Shown here: in pieces, positions 1 to 9,505 of the stretch
How the letters are laid out: each line of letters starts with the position of its first letter
Position numbering within the stretch: position 1 is the stretch's first letter
IMG/VR virus record: IMGVR_UViG_3300034092_004324
Coordinates: 14,024 to 78,023 of that record
Length of the DNA: 64,000 bases
Direction: 5' to 3' (one strand)
DNA from: a virus
Notes under the pieces: model-generated
Database searches by the model: none
What the model was told of the DNA's origin: nothing
What the model saw: the letters and a program-made list of their open reading frames with translations, nothing else
Program-made: the position numbers and the translations under genes

Positions 1-128
1 ATAAACACATCAATTAATATACTATCTCTGCTATTACCTAATAATTCTTGTTTATCTATAATCATCGGTAATAAATATGTATATGATCTATTTAATGTAT
101 AATCTTGCTTTTTTAATTTGTAATACAT
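1..128 (-). CDS. hypothetical protein, partial (runs off window)
   Basis: ATG at 128, open to the window edge (MYYKLKKQDYTLNRSYTYLLP...). Confidence 0.5.
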   Translation of the reverse strand, partial: MYYKLKKQDYTLNRSYTYLLPMIIDKQELLGNSRDSILIDVF

Positions 129-142
129 TGCTTTTATTTTGG

Positions 143-892
143 TTATAACTCTAACTCTCTGATATCTTCATCTCTTAAATTAAACTCAGGTAGTTCTAAA
201 GTTGCACCAGTAACATTCAATATATCATTTTCTTCTTTTAATAAATATACTAATCGAAAGTTGAGATAAAACTTAATGATACCTTCGTTTAATCCAAAGT
301 ATTCAATAAACTTATTTAATACTGTCGTCCTTAATTCTTCTATCGTCGTTTTATCCTTAAACCATTTTTCTACTGTCTTTTCACCAACACCATAAATTCC
401 TTGAATTTTATCAGTAGCATCACCACAAGCAGTTTGAGTAAACAAAAATCTATTTGCTTCATCTTGAGTGTTTTCAACAAATTTACATTTTAAATAATCA
501 TAATGTTTACCGACATTTTGTTTTAACACATCTTTATCTGTACTTGCTATAATAACTTCTTCATTAAAGAACTTATTTCTATTATGATAGAAGTAACTTA
601 CAATATCATCTGCTTCAAATTTTGAATGCCAATATGAATTGTAATTTTGTTTTAAATACTCCCTTAATGCATAATATATAGGTGGTTTTGACTTAGTTCT
701 ATTGTTTTTGTAATTTGGAAAAATATCATATCTGAAATTTTTACCTTCTGTAAAAACTAATAAAAATCTATCAGCATTACAAACTGTAACTATCTCATTT
801 ATGTGACTTTTCATTTTTTGCAAAGCTCCCTCATATGTATCACTTTTCATGTGTATATAAGGTAAACTATCTGCATCAATTAATACTATCAT
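143..892 (-). CDS. 5'-3' exonuclease / flap endonuclease (phage RNase H, T7 gp6-like)
   Basis: N-terminal LIDADS, FRYDIFPNYKNNR, EADD, DKD, and GDATDKIQGIYGVGEKT helix-hairpin motif. Confidence 0.9.
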   Translation of the reverse strand: MIVLIDADSLPYIHMKSDTYEGALQKMKSHINEIVTVCNADRFLLVFTEGKNFRYDIFPNYKNNRTKSKPPIYYALREYLKQNYNSYWHSKFEADDIVSYFYHNRNKFFNEEVIIASTDKDVLKQNVGKHYDYLKCKFVENTQDEANRFLFTQTACGDATDKIQGIYGVGEKTVEKWFKDKTTIEELRTTVLNKFIEYFGLNEGIIKFYLNFRLVYLLKEENDILNVTGATLELPEFNLRDEDIRELEL

Positions 893-1337
893 CTTTTCTA
901 ACTTTTAATGATTTCATATCTCTTTCTAATTTAAGTTCTCTGTCTGTTAAATAATGTTTAATTAAGTCATAAAATAATTCTTTTTTAACTGTTACAAATT
1001 CTCCTTGATTAATGAATTTAGTGTTTACTTTTTTAGTTTTCTTAGTTATAATTGCTAAATGCTCTGGATATCCATCTGTATTTAACCTATCAAAATCATC
1101 AAATATATCTTCATATTTAATATTCGTTGTTGTAGTTTTACATTGAAATCCAATTAAAGCATCATAATTATTTGATCGTACAGTTTTATCTTTTACATCA
1201 AAAATTATATCTACTTTTTTATTATCTAAATCTCTTGATGCTAATCTTGTTGTAATTGTTTTTATTCCTGTACGGCTTTCAATTTCATTTCTGATTGTTC
1301 TTTCGTAGTTGTGTCCTGCTGTTCTGTTATTTCGCAT
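876..1337 (-). CDS. putative Holliday junction resolvase (PD-(D/E)XK fold)
   Basis: NRTAGHNYER...R.ASR.LD..KVDI...FQCK pattern; lies in the replication module. Confidence 0.7.
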   Translation of the reverse strand: MRNNRTAGHNYERTIRNEIESRTGIKTITTRLASRDLDNKKVDIIFDVKDKTVRSNNYDALIGFQCKTTTTNIKYEDIFDDFDRLNTDGYPEHLAIITKKTKKVNTKFINQGEFVTVKKELFYDLIKHYLTDRELKLERDMKSLKVRKDDSIN

Positions 1338-2227
1338 ATATAAGTATTTAATTTTTCTTTTGAAGTACCTTCTAATAAATTTAAAAAAGTTGCTACTCCA
1401 TAATTATTGTGAATATCTGATGGACTATATCTTTTTTCACTATCATATTCTTTTTTATAAAGTTTTTTTTGCTTAATTATTTTATTATCAAGTAACAAAC
1501 TTAAAGTAGTAAATAGTGTATATTTTAATTTCATTTCAGGTGGATTATGTGTTTCATAAGTAGTATTTATTAATCTATATCCTCTGAATTTATCATGTAA
1601 CCATGCAAGTCTACTTGAATAATCTGAAGTTTTAGTTGGAGATAATACTGTAAATAAATTTATAATTTCATCATAATCATGCTGATAGAATGCATTTTTT
1701 ATTTTTTCATAAACATCACTTAATTTTAAAGAATTAGTTGGCATTTTATAATTTGTTAATTCTATACACAACCTAATCATATTATTTAAACCTGATATTA
1801 AATAAGGTTCTTCATACCAGAATTTATTAAAACTGCATTCTAATTTTGAATCATCAGTTATTCTAAATTCACTTCTTTGTATTTTTAATTTATCTTCTAA
1901 GCTGTGTACAAACTCAATAATTTTTTTTGAAATGTTATTTGGTAATTTATTTGAACCATTATAATATAATAATACCACAATATCTTTGTCAGTTTTTAAA
2001 CTATAATTTGAGTCACTTGTATTAAGTCCATGAATTGATATAGATTTTTTATTATACTCTGTAAGTAATAAATCATTTATATAATCTTTACATGTCATTT
2101 TTAATTCAAGACAAGATAAATCTTTTTTATTTGCAATTTGATAAGCTAAATCTGCTTGATTATTCATTTGATTTAAGGACTGTTTTGTAGCTGATGTATT
2201 ATCTGTATAGATTATTTTTTCCACCAT
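1262..2227 (-). CDS. hypothetical protein
   Basis: 321-aa ORF, no recognised motif. Confidence 0.6.
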   Translation of the reverse strand: MVEKIIYTDNTSATKQSLNQMNNQADLAYQIANKKDLSCLELKMTCKDYINDLLLTEYNKKSISIHGLNTSDSNYSLKTDKDIVVLLYYNGSNKLPNNISKKIIEFVHSLEDKLKIQRSEFRITDDSKLECSFNKFWYEEPYLISGLNNMIRLCIELTNYKMPTNSLKLSDVYEKIKNAFYQHDYDEIINLFTVLSPTKTSDYSSRLAWLHDKFRGYRLINTTYETHNPPEMKLKYTLFTTLSLLLDNKIIKQKKLYKKEYDSEKRYSPSDIHNNYGVATFLNLLEGTSKEKLNTYICEITEQQDTTTKEQSEMKLKAVQE

Positions 2228-2961
2228 GATATAGGTATTTTTTGTTGGGTTATCAATATTTCGTTAATTAACTTAAAATGATTACATCCAAAGAATCCTC
2301 GATGAGCACTTAAAGGTGATGGATGTGGAGAAGTTAATATATGATTTCTATCTTTATCAATAAATTCTATATATTTTAAAGCATTGCTGCCCCATAAAAC
2401 ATATATTACATTTTCTTTTTTTCTAAGTTCTTCAAATACTACTTTTGTAAAATTTTCCCAATATTTCACATGAGAATTTGGCTTATTATCAACAACAGTT
2501 AATGCTGTATTTAATAATAGTACACCTTGATATGCCCAACTTTTCAAAGTGTAATCAAAATCCAATATCAAAGTATCATGTTCATTTTGCAACTCCTTAA
2601 CGATATTTTTTAAAGAAGCTGGTACAGCGAATGTATCTTCTGGAATTCCAAAAGCTAATCCAGTTGCAAAAGGTTTTACTACATTAAGTTTACCAACTGG
2701 AACATATGATGTATAATATGGATCTTGTCCTAATATAACTACATTTGTAAAATCATATGGTGTTAATTTAAAAGCTTCAAATGTGTTTTGCCAATAGGGA
2801 AATACCTTATATCTCTTTTTATCTTCTAAAATCTCTTTAAAGTTATTTGTCATTTCTTTTGAACTCAAATATGGACCAAGTTTATTTAACCAAGATTCAT
2901 GCATCATTGGTTTAAACTTTTCATTAATATTTGAGTTTTCAAACAGGTTGAGCTGAGTCAT
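2212..2961 (-). CDS. ung: uracil-DNA glycosylase (family 1)
   Basis: VVILGQDPY, GLAF, QGVLLLNTALTV, LWG and HPSPLSAHRGFFGC motifs. Confidence 0.97.
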   Translation of the reverse strand: MTQLNLFENSNINEKFKPMMHESWLNKLGPYLSSKEMTNNFKEILEDKKRYKVFPYWQNTFEAFKLTPYDFTNVVILGQDPYYTSYVPVGKLNVVKPFATGLAFGIPEDTFAVPASLKNIVKELQNEHDTLILDFDYTLKSWAYQGVLLLNTALTVVDNKPNSHVKYWENFTKVVFEELRKKENVIYVLWGSNALKYIEFIDKDRNHILTSPHPSPLSAHRGFFGCNHFKLINEILITQQKIPISWWKK

Positions 2962-4030
2962 TTTTTTTTAAAATTTCATTTATATAATTATAAGTTTTTT
3001 CTCTTCCATGTTCCAAAACATATCCTTTTAAATCTTTTTCTTTTTCTGGAAATAATAAGTAATTTAAATTCATATGATCGTCGTATTGTTCAATAATTCT
3101 TGACATTGATTTATATCCTGTTGGATCTGGATCATAATTTAAAAATACATCTTTATCTTTTAGAAATTTAAAAATCTTTTCTGGAAATTTAGTTACATGT
3201 TCAGATGCTGGTGATAAAGCTCTAAAACCAAATGAACCCCATATTTCAGCATCAATTGGTGATTTAGTTATAATTACAGGATTTGTGCTTTTTGAAAAAT
3301 TATCATACCACATATCAAATGTTACATTTTTTCTATGTTTAATTATCTTTCCATTTTTATCCAAAGTTTTATTGAATGGTAAATATATATGAAAATGTTC
3401 AGGTGAATATTGAAATACAAAAACAGGATTTGTTCCATCAACTGAACGCAACTGTTTTGTGAATTTTTTTTCATTATTTTCATCGTAATACTCAAATGTA
3501 ACATTATAAGCAGTTTTTACAGCATTTTTAATTTTTCTATAATAAGCATCTCCAAGTAACTTTATTAAATAAAGTTCTTCAGTAGTATTATGTAATAATC
3601 TACAAGTAGGAATTATTTTTAATTTAAACTTCTTATTTGATATTGAAGGTTTATCTTCTTTATCTTCATTTATACTTTTAATTAATTTTAAATTAGTAGT
3701 ATTGATTTGAAAAGATCTTTCAATGTATTTTAATACTTCAAAAAATGTATAAACTCTATCGTGCTTATGTTCATAATAATTCTTTGCCATTTGGAAACAA
3801 TCACCAGAATATTTATCATCAGCAAAATCTTTAAAAATTAATACATTATCATTGTTATAATAAAATTTACATCCTGGATTTCTATCAATTCCTACTTTCC
3901 TATAAGGATTTACATATTGCTTTGATATTTCAATTACTTTTGGAAAGTATCTTTGCATTATTTCTTCTTGCTTAACTTTTTTAAGCAAAGAATCTTTTAA
4001 TGAAACTTCCGCTTTGTTATTTATCACCAT
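2939..4030 (-). CDS. DNA primase (crAss-type, TOPRIM)
   Basis: N-terminal NPYR..DRNPGC/FKDF..GDCF; ITKS..D; YDPDPTG (DxD); KDL. Confidence 0.8.
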   Translation of the reverse strand: MVINNKAEVSLKDSLLKKVKQEEIMQRYFPKVIEISKQYVNPYRKVGIDRNPGCKFYYNNDNVLIFKDFADDKYSGDCFQMAKNYYEHKHDRVYTFFEVLKYIERSFQINTTNLKLIKSINEDKEDKPSISNKKFKLKIIPTCRLLHNTTEELYLIKLLGDAYYRKIKNAVKTAYNVTFEYYDENNEKKFTKQLRSVDGTNPVFVFQYSPEHFHIYLPFNKTLDKNGKIIKHRKNVTFDMWYDNFSKSTNPVIITKSPIDAEIWGSFGFRALSPASEHVTKFPEKIFKFLKDKDVFLNYDPDPTGYKSMSRIIEQYDDHMNLNYLLFPEKEKDLKGYVLEHGREKTYNYINEILKKNDSAQPV

Positions 4031-4049
4031 GTTATTGTTTGTTTTTTTG

Positions 4050-4108
4050 TTTCTGGCTTTGGAGTCGAACCAAAGACCTCAATGCATACTACCTTTATAC
4101 GACCAGAA
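4050..4108 (-). ncRNA. tRNA-like element lacking the anticodon arm
   Basis: Minus strand: acceptor TTCTGGT/GCCAGAA, D-like arm GTAT-AAAGGTAGT-ATGC, T-arm TTTGG-TTCGACT-CCAAA; only ~9 nt between the D and T arms. Confidence 0.6.
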
Positions 4109-4117
4109 GCCGTTAAA

Positions 4118-4924
4118 TTAGATGCTCAAATCATCCTCAGTCAAATCATTTAAAACATCATCTAAATTAGACGCTTTAAATTCTTTTGACATGGAAGGTT
4201 TTCCACTTGCATATTCTTCTAAATTAATAGTATAGTAATCTACTTTAAATTCTGTATATGGTTGTGAAAGGAACCTTTCGATAATTTTAGTACCGTTTGA
4301 TTCTTCTCTTAGAAACTTATGCTTGTAAACTTCTTGATACTCTTTACCATTTACAACTTTAACACCAAGTAAAACTTTAATTCCTCTTTTAAAATGATCA
4401 TTAATAGAAACAAGTTCGGAAACGTTTCCATTTATAATTGCATTAATATCAGAAAATTCAAAGTCTAAATCTTCAGCATTTAAATCAGCATTCACTAAGT
4501 TACTAACAAAGTTATATAAAATATCTTCACCTTCTTTACAATATCTAACATTGTCGGTGCTGAACCATTTCATTTTTTCATTTTGCTTAACAGCATCAAT
4601 GCTTTCAGCAATAGTAGTTTGCAGCTTATTGTTAATCAATAGTTTCTTACCATTTTTGTAAGTTATTTCTTGATTAGACATAAAAACTGAAAACTTAGTT
4701 AAAATGTTCAGATCTTCATTTCTCAACCAGAAATCAATCCTTGTTGTTGGATTACCATCTCTATTTGTTTGTGAATATGATACTTCTTTAACTTCATCGT
4801 TGTTTAATAGTTGTCTTAATTCTTGTGTAGTTGGATTGATTGCTACTACTTTAACTGGTGCTAAACCTGTATATAATTTTTTGTTCGTAATAGTTGCTTG
4901 TTTCGTGTTTAAAATATTGCTCAT
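4118..4924 (-). CDS. conserved crAss-like replication protein (putative ssDNA-binding)
   Basis: KKLYTGLAPVKVVAINPT...RIDFWL; acidic C-terminus DDLSI; lies between AAA ATPase and primase. Confidence 0.55.
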   Translation of the reverse strand: MSNILNTKQATITNKKLYTGLAPVKVVAINPTTQELRQLLNNDEVKEVSYSQTNRDGNPTTRIDFWLRNEDLNILTKFSVFMSNQEITYKNGKKLLINNKLQTTIAESIDAVKQNEKMKWFSTDNVRYCKEGEDILYNFVSNLVNADLNAEDLDFEFSDINAIINGNVSELVSINDHFKRGIKVLLGVKVVNGKEYQEVYKHKFLREESNGTKIIERFLSQPYTEFKVDYYTINLEEYASGKPSMSKEFKASNLDDVLNDLTEDDLSI

Positions 4925-4938
4925 GTTTCTTTTGTTGT

Positions 4939-5664
4939 TTATTTGTTTAACTCTTTATAGATTTTTTCCCAATGAACTCTAAGTTCATCATTTTCTAATT
5001 CACTTATAATAACATCTTGTCCTCTTAGATGATTAGATCTTGAACCACATATTACGTTTTCTGAGTTTTTAAATGTAAATATAACATTGTTATTTTCTCT
5101 ATACGCATACGCAATTGAATCAACATAACCTCCTAAAATAGAACTTAATTTACCTGTTAAATCAATATCTTTTGCAGATACTTCTTTACCTTTAAAATCA
5201 ACTAATTTCTCTCGTAAATGTCCTACGAGGATTAAACCCTTCTTTGGTAATTTTTCAAGTGCTTTAATTACTTTCATGAATGCTTCTCTGTGATATAGGT
5301 ATCCTGCACCATTGGGTAATTTAAAAACATTATCACCATCAAAGTTTTTACCTATTGGTGTTTCTTTATAAAGTTTACACGCATAAGGCATGACTAAATC
5401 TTCAAGAGCACTAATAGTGTCTATTGTAATATAGTCATATTCAACTTCCTTTTTTTTCAATTCTTTAATTATATCAAACAGTTCATTTATTGTTTCTGCT
5501 TTAATTTTTAAAGCATCTACGTAATTTGTACCGTCTTCTAAATCAATTATCAAGTTATTTGGAAGTTGAGATAATAATGTAGTCTTTCCAACTTTAGGAA
5601 GACTATAAATTAAAAGTTTCTTTGGATCTTCTGTTTCAGCTTTTATAATCTCTTTTGGTAACAT
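4939..5664 (-). CDS. AAA-family ATPase (Sak4/AAA_24-like)
   Basis: Walker A YSLPKVGKTT, IIDLEDG, Walker B ITIDTIS, LVGH. Confidence 0.85.
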   Translation of the reverse strand: MLPKEIIKAETEDPKKLLIYSLPKVGKTTLLSQLPNNLIIDLEDGTNYVDALKIKAETINELFDIIKELKKKEVEYDYITIDTISALEDLVMPYACKLYKETPIGKNFDGDNVFKLPNGAGYLYHREAFMKVIKALEKLPKKGLILVGHLREKLVDFKGKEVSAKDIDLTGKLSSILGGYVDSIAYAYRENNNVIFTFKNSENVICGSRSNHLRGQDVIISELENDELRVHWEKIYKELNK

Positions 5665-5669
5665 AATTT

Positions 5670-6779
5670 TTAATTATAATATTTTTCTAATTTCTCTAAG
5701 TCATTTGATTTTGGTAACTCTTCAAAATAATTACTTTCTCCTCTAAAATATAAACCGATTCGTACATTTGAAACACCTTGTCTAAATTTTAGAATATTTA
5801 AGGAACGATAATTATCTCTTAATTTCTCAATATCATATTTCGCATGAGTTTTTAAATCATGTCTGTTAGGAGCAAATAAACCTAATACTACGTCAGCATC
5901 ACGTTGTGTAAGTTTATTATCAGCAAGACCATTCAAAGAAGGTTCTAATTTCGATAATTTAATGTTCTCAATACCTTCTTGTGAAGCAGCTTGCTGTTGT
6001 ACATTTATAACTGTGTAATTAAATCTTTTTACCATCTTTAAACAATATTCAGAGCTAAATTTACCCATTGTTTGGTGTAAATCTTCTTTTTGTTCTGGAT
6101 GTAATAAACTAATATGGTCAGTTATAACAATAACATATTCATCTGGATTATTAGGTGTATAACCTGTAATTATATTTTTTAATTCTTCTTTCTTTTCACC
6201 ATTTTTATCTCGATAAATAACTTTTTCGTGTCCTCTATGAAATGTTCCATTTTGCTCAGCATATGTTTCCATATACTTGAAAATTCCAGTAGGATTATAT
6301 ATGTGATCTATAATTGTTACAATCTCTTCAAAATCTTTAAAGTAATCTCTTGCATCCTCAATCATATTAACAATTTCATTGCTAATATTAACTCCTTTTA
6401 AATATGATTCAAGTTCTAATGGAGAATATTGTTTTCCATACTTTTCAAATATATAATTTGAAATCATACTTAAAATAAAAGCTTGTTTTGATTCCTCTAA
6501 TGCAAAATAAAATATTTTAAGCTTGAATTTAGGATTTTTGTTTTCCTTATAAAACTTAAAAGGACTGTTAACAAATAGATGTTTAGTTATTTGAGTTTTA
6601 CCAACACCGCTTGATGCTGTAACAATGTAATACAAACCTTGTATAATTCCTGGTAAAATTTGCTCAAATCTTGGTAATCCTAATGGAATACAAGTGAAAC
6701 CATTTTTTTCACGAACTTCTTTGTTCTTTTTAATTTTAGCTAATACTTCATCAAATATTAATTTAGATGTCTTCTCCAT
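5670..6779 (-). CDS. DnaB-like replicative helicase
   Basis: Walker A ASSGVGKT, FALEES, ITDHISLL, QQQ, QRDADVVLGLF, ILKFRQG. Confidence 0.88.
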   Translation of the reverse strand: MEKTSKLIFDEVLAKIKKNKEVREKNGFTCIPLGLPRFEQILPGIIQGLYYIVTASSGVGKTQITKHLFVNSPFKFYKENKNPKFKLKIFYFALEESKQAFILSMISNYIFEKYGKQYSPLELESYLKGVNISNEIVNMIEDARDYFKDFEEIVTIIDHIYNPTGIFKYMETYAEQNGTFHRGHEKVIYRDKNGEKKEELKNIITGYTPNNPDEYVIVITDHISLLHPEQKEDLHQTMGKFSSEYCLKMVKRFNYTVINVQQQAASQEGIENIKLSKLEPSLNGLADNKLTQRDADVVLGLFAPNRHDLKTHAKYDIEKLRDNYRSLNILKFRQGVSNVRIGLYFRGESNYFEELPKSNDLEKLEKYYN

Positions 6780-7281
6780 AATCTTTGTAAATTTCTTTTT
6801 CTCCTTTTAATACCATAAGACATTCTTTTTCAAGTACAGAACCTTCTCTGTCATTTATGAATTTATAATTCTTCTTTGTGTATTTCCAACCTTGATGTTC
6901 TTGTCTATTCAAATAATTTGCAGTTGCTTGGAATATAATCTCTTTATTAAATTGAGGATAATTCAATAAAAAAGTAAACATTCTCTTTTCGCATTCTTTT
7001 GTGTTTGCTGAAATGTGATATGTTAAACCTGTCACACTCATTGTTGGAAATAAATCTACCCATTCTTGAATCCAATCTACTTTTGTTGAAAATAATCTCT
7101 CTCTAAATGGGTGAATAACATTGCATTTTTCATCTAACCAATTTTTAAGTTGAAGTTGTTTTATATTAGCTGTATTATCAAAATCATGTTCAATGTTATA
7201 AAACAATAAATATAATGTTACATATTGGTTAGGTGTTAAGTTTAAATCTTTTATTAGTTCTAAATCTACTATTATCTTCAT
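6763..7281 (-). CDS. putative replication-associated protein (helicase partner)
   Basis: 172-aa ORF overlapping the helicase start; LTPNQYVTL N-terminus. Confidence 0.45.
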   Translation of the reverse strand: MKIIVDLELIKDLNLTPNQYVTLYLLFYNIEHDFDNTANIKQLQLKNWLDEKCNVIHPFRERLFSTKVDWIQEWVDLFPTMSVTGLTYHISANTKECEKRMFTFLLNYPQFNKEIIFQATANYLNRQEHQGWKYTKKNYKFINDREGSVLEKECLMVLKGEKEIYKDYGEDI

Positions 7282-7438
7282 GCTTACATTTTTTCATTTT
7301 GTTTTCTTCTATGTTAAAAATTTCTCCAGTGTCTAAGCACTTATTACATTTAATTTTCTTAATTTTATAATGTTCTAAAAGTTCATCTATTGTCTCCATA
7401 TTATTTAAAGTTAAAATCAGTAATTGTAATTTTATCAT
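7229..7438 (-). CDS. small CxxC-containing protein
   Basis: CNKCLDTG...KKCKH; probable start at METIDE. Confidence 0.5.
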   Translation of the reverse strand: MIKLQLLILTLNNMETIDELLEHYKIKKIKCNKCLDTGEIFNIEENKMKKCKHEDNSRFRTNKRFKLNT

Positions 7439-7610
7439 TCTTAAGTCTCATTTTAAACTCTTCAATACTAATATTTTGATTTGTTTTTTCATTATACTCT
7501 TCTACAGCCATTGTTTGATTTTTAATATCATTTGGATGATTAGAATCAAATATTTGATTCAATCTTGTCATAAAAAATCCTGGTTTAGTCATGATTTTTG
7601 CATTTTTCAC
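7401..7610 (-). CDS. hypothetical protein
   Basis: ORF track; likely true start MTKPGFF near 7592. Confidence 0.45.
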   Translation of the reverse strand: MKNAKIMTKPGFFMTRLNQIFDSNHPNDIKNQTMAVEEYNEKTNQNISIEEFKMRLKNDKITITDFNFK

Positions 7611-7752
7611 AATATTGTGGTTCTAATTTTATTTCATTTCTAATTGCCATATATTCTTGTTTTGTAAACTCTCTTCCAGTTTTAATAATAACAGAACAAT
7701 TAGAACATAAAAGAGCACCTAATCCACCATTGTATTTAAATGTTGCATTCAT
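7585..7752 (-). CDS. small zinc-ribbon protein (55 aa, not in ORF track)
   Basis: MNATFKYNGGLGALLCSNCSVIIKTG...QYCEKCKNHD; two CxxC pairs. Confidence 0.65.
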   Translation of the reverse strand: MNATFKYNGGLGALLCSNCSVIIKTGREFTKQEYMAIRNEIKLEPQYCEKCKNHD

Positions 7753-7755
7753 TTA

Positions 7756-8001
7756 TTATTCTTTTAAACGATAAGCGTCAATATGTTCGTACTCAGGACA
7801 TTTACCTTTATACTCTCCTACACAACGTTGTCGATCAAGAGTCATAATTACAGTAATTGTAAATAACAATCCTGTACTAATAAGTTGTACAGCTCCGTAG
7901 GCAAGTCTATTATTTTCTTTTAAACTAAGATTTGTTCCTAAGTAGCCTATAATAATTAAAGCAGCTAAAACAGTAAGAACTACGATTTGTGGTGTTGTCA
8001 T
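7756..8001 (-). CDS. small membrane protein
   Basis: Two hydrophobic segments. Confidence 0.55.
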   Translation of the reverse strand: MTTPQIVVLTVLAALIIIGYLGTNLSLKENNRLAYGAVQLISTGLLFTITVIMTLDRQRCVGEYKGKCPEYEHIDAYRLKE

Positions 8002-8003
8002 AA

Positions 8004-8246
8004 CTATTTAATGTTTGAAAGTGGATATGAATTTAAGATACTTTTATTAACCAGTTCAAAATTAGCTTTTTCTGAGGAGTAATTTGTTTCTGCTGCCTCT
8101 TTTAACGCAGCTTCTACATGAAGTTTAGCAAATTCAATTAATTTTTGCTTTACTTTATAATCAATAGTATTTTTGTTTTTAATATGTTCTGGATGAAACT
8201 CTTCTATTTTTAAAAGAAACTCTTCAGCTGTTGGTATTTTATTCAT
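8004..8246 (-). CDS. conserved Bacteroidota-phage hypothetical protein
   Basis: IPTAEEFL...IEFAKLHVEAALKEA...SILNSYPLSNIK. Confidence 0.65.
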   Translation of the reverse strand: MNKIPTAEEFLLKIEEFHPEHIKNKNTIDYKVKQKLIEFAKLHVEAALKEAAETNYSSEKANFELVNKSILNSYPLSNIK

Positions 8247-8249
8247 ATC

Positions 8250-8390
8250 TTAAATATTAGTTAAAAATGCTTTTAAAGTTTTACCATCATCTTGAACTGA
8301 TAGTTCAACTTTAACTTTGTGACGAACAAGTAATCTACCAGTATCGTCGATAACTTCAAATCTTGTTACCTTTTTGATGTTTTTTTCCAT
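8250..8390 (-). CDS. small conserved phage protein (46 aa, not in ORF track)
   Basis: MEKNIKKVTRFEVIDDTGRLLVRHKVKVELSVQDDGKTLKAFL; fills the gap between neighbouring genes. Confidence 0.65.
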   Translation of the reverse strand: MEKNIKKVTRFEVIDDTGRLLVRHKVKVELSVQDDGKTLKAFLTNI

Positions 8391-9488
8391 TTAAATGTTT
8401 TTTGAATTAATAAATTCAATGATATCTTTATCAAAATGTAATAAGGTCTTTTCTACCCATTTTTCATCTTGGGTGTTTAAGACACATAGAATATAGATTG
8501 TAGCCTGATGATCGTCACGTAAGCGGACAGTTCTTCCAATTCGTTGAATTGTTTCTCTTGGGTTTGAAACTAATTGAACGATTAAAGCTTTATCTACATT
8601 TTCAATGTTATGTCCTTCATTTATTGCTCGAACAACGGCTAATTTGTTTATTTGACCGTTTTTAAACGCAATTAAATCACTATTAGTTGATTTTGAATGA
8701 TATACGTTATCACATAAGGACTCTGCTTGTTTTATTGAACTACAAAAGTACAAAATTCTTTCGTCATTTCCAAATTTTTCTATAAGTTTTTTTGCAATTT
8801 TTTCTTTAGATTTTAAATTGTATAAAAAATGCATTCTCTGTAAATACAAATATTCAGGTACTTGTTTTCCAGAAAACATTATTTGGTTAATTCTTCTATT
8901 AATTATCTCATATTTCTTAACTTCAGTAACTTTACCATATTTTTCTTCAATATAACGATCTGTATTGTCTAAATTTAATTCAATGACTTTTATATTAAAA
9001 GGACTGATTAACTTTAAATTAACAGCTTCTTCTAATGTAATTTTGTACAAGATTGGAAAATACTTCTTAAATATAAGTAACTTATCTTCTTCATGAGGAG
9101 GAGTTGCAGTTAAAGAAATCATAAAACAATCTTTTTTTGCAAGATCTAAATTAGAAGTATTATTAACGGTCACATTGTGTGATTCATCAAAACATATACC
9201 ATCATATTGTGATATATCTTCTTTCTTTAAACTTGCATAACAGCATTTTTTTATATTTTCATATAATTGCAGCTCTCCCCACTTAGAAAATTCTTCTTTC
9301 CAGTTTTCATCTCTTAGTTCTTCTGTTGGAACAACTAAAAGCCATTTCTTATTTGGAAAACGTTTACAGATATTTATGAATATTTTTGATTTTCCACATC
9401 CTGTGGCTAAGGCGACTGTGCCTTTAAATTGATTTTTTTCAAGTATTTTTTCTGCATTTCTTTGAATATTATCTTTTTCTTTATTCAT
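8391..9488 (-). CDS. superfamily 2 (DEAH) helicase
   Basis: ATGCGKS, FDESH, SLTATPP, INEGHNI, QRIGRTVR. Confidence 0.92.
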   Translation of the reverse strand: MNKEKDNIQRNAEKILEKNQFKGTVALATGCGKSKIFINICKRFPNKKWLLVVPTEELRDENWKEEFSKWGELQLYENIKKCCYASLKKEDISQYDGICFDESHNVTVNNTSNLDLAKKDCFMISLTATPPHEEDKLLIFKKYFPILYKITLEEAVNLKLISPFNIKVIELNLDNTDRYIEEKYGKVTEVKKYEIINRRINQIMFSGKQVPEYLYLQRMHFLYNLKSKEKIAKKLIEKFGNDERILYFCSSIKQAESLCDNVYHSKSTNSDLIAFKNGQINKLAVVRAINEGHNIENVDKALIVQLVSNPRETIQRIGRTVRLRDDHQATIYILCVLNTQDEKWVEKTLLHFDKDIIEFINSKNI

Positions 9489-9505
9489 TTTAAATTGGTT
9501 ATTTA

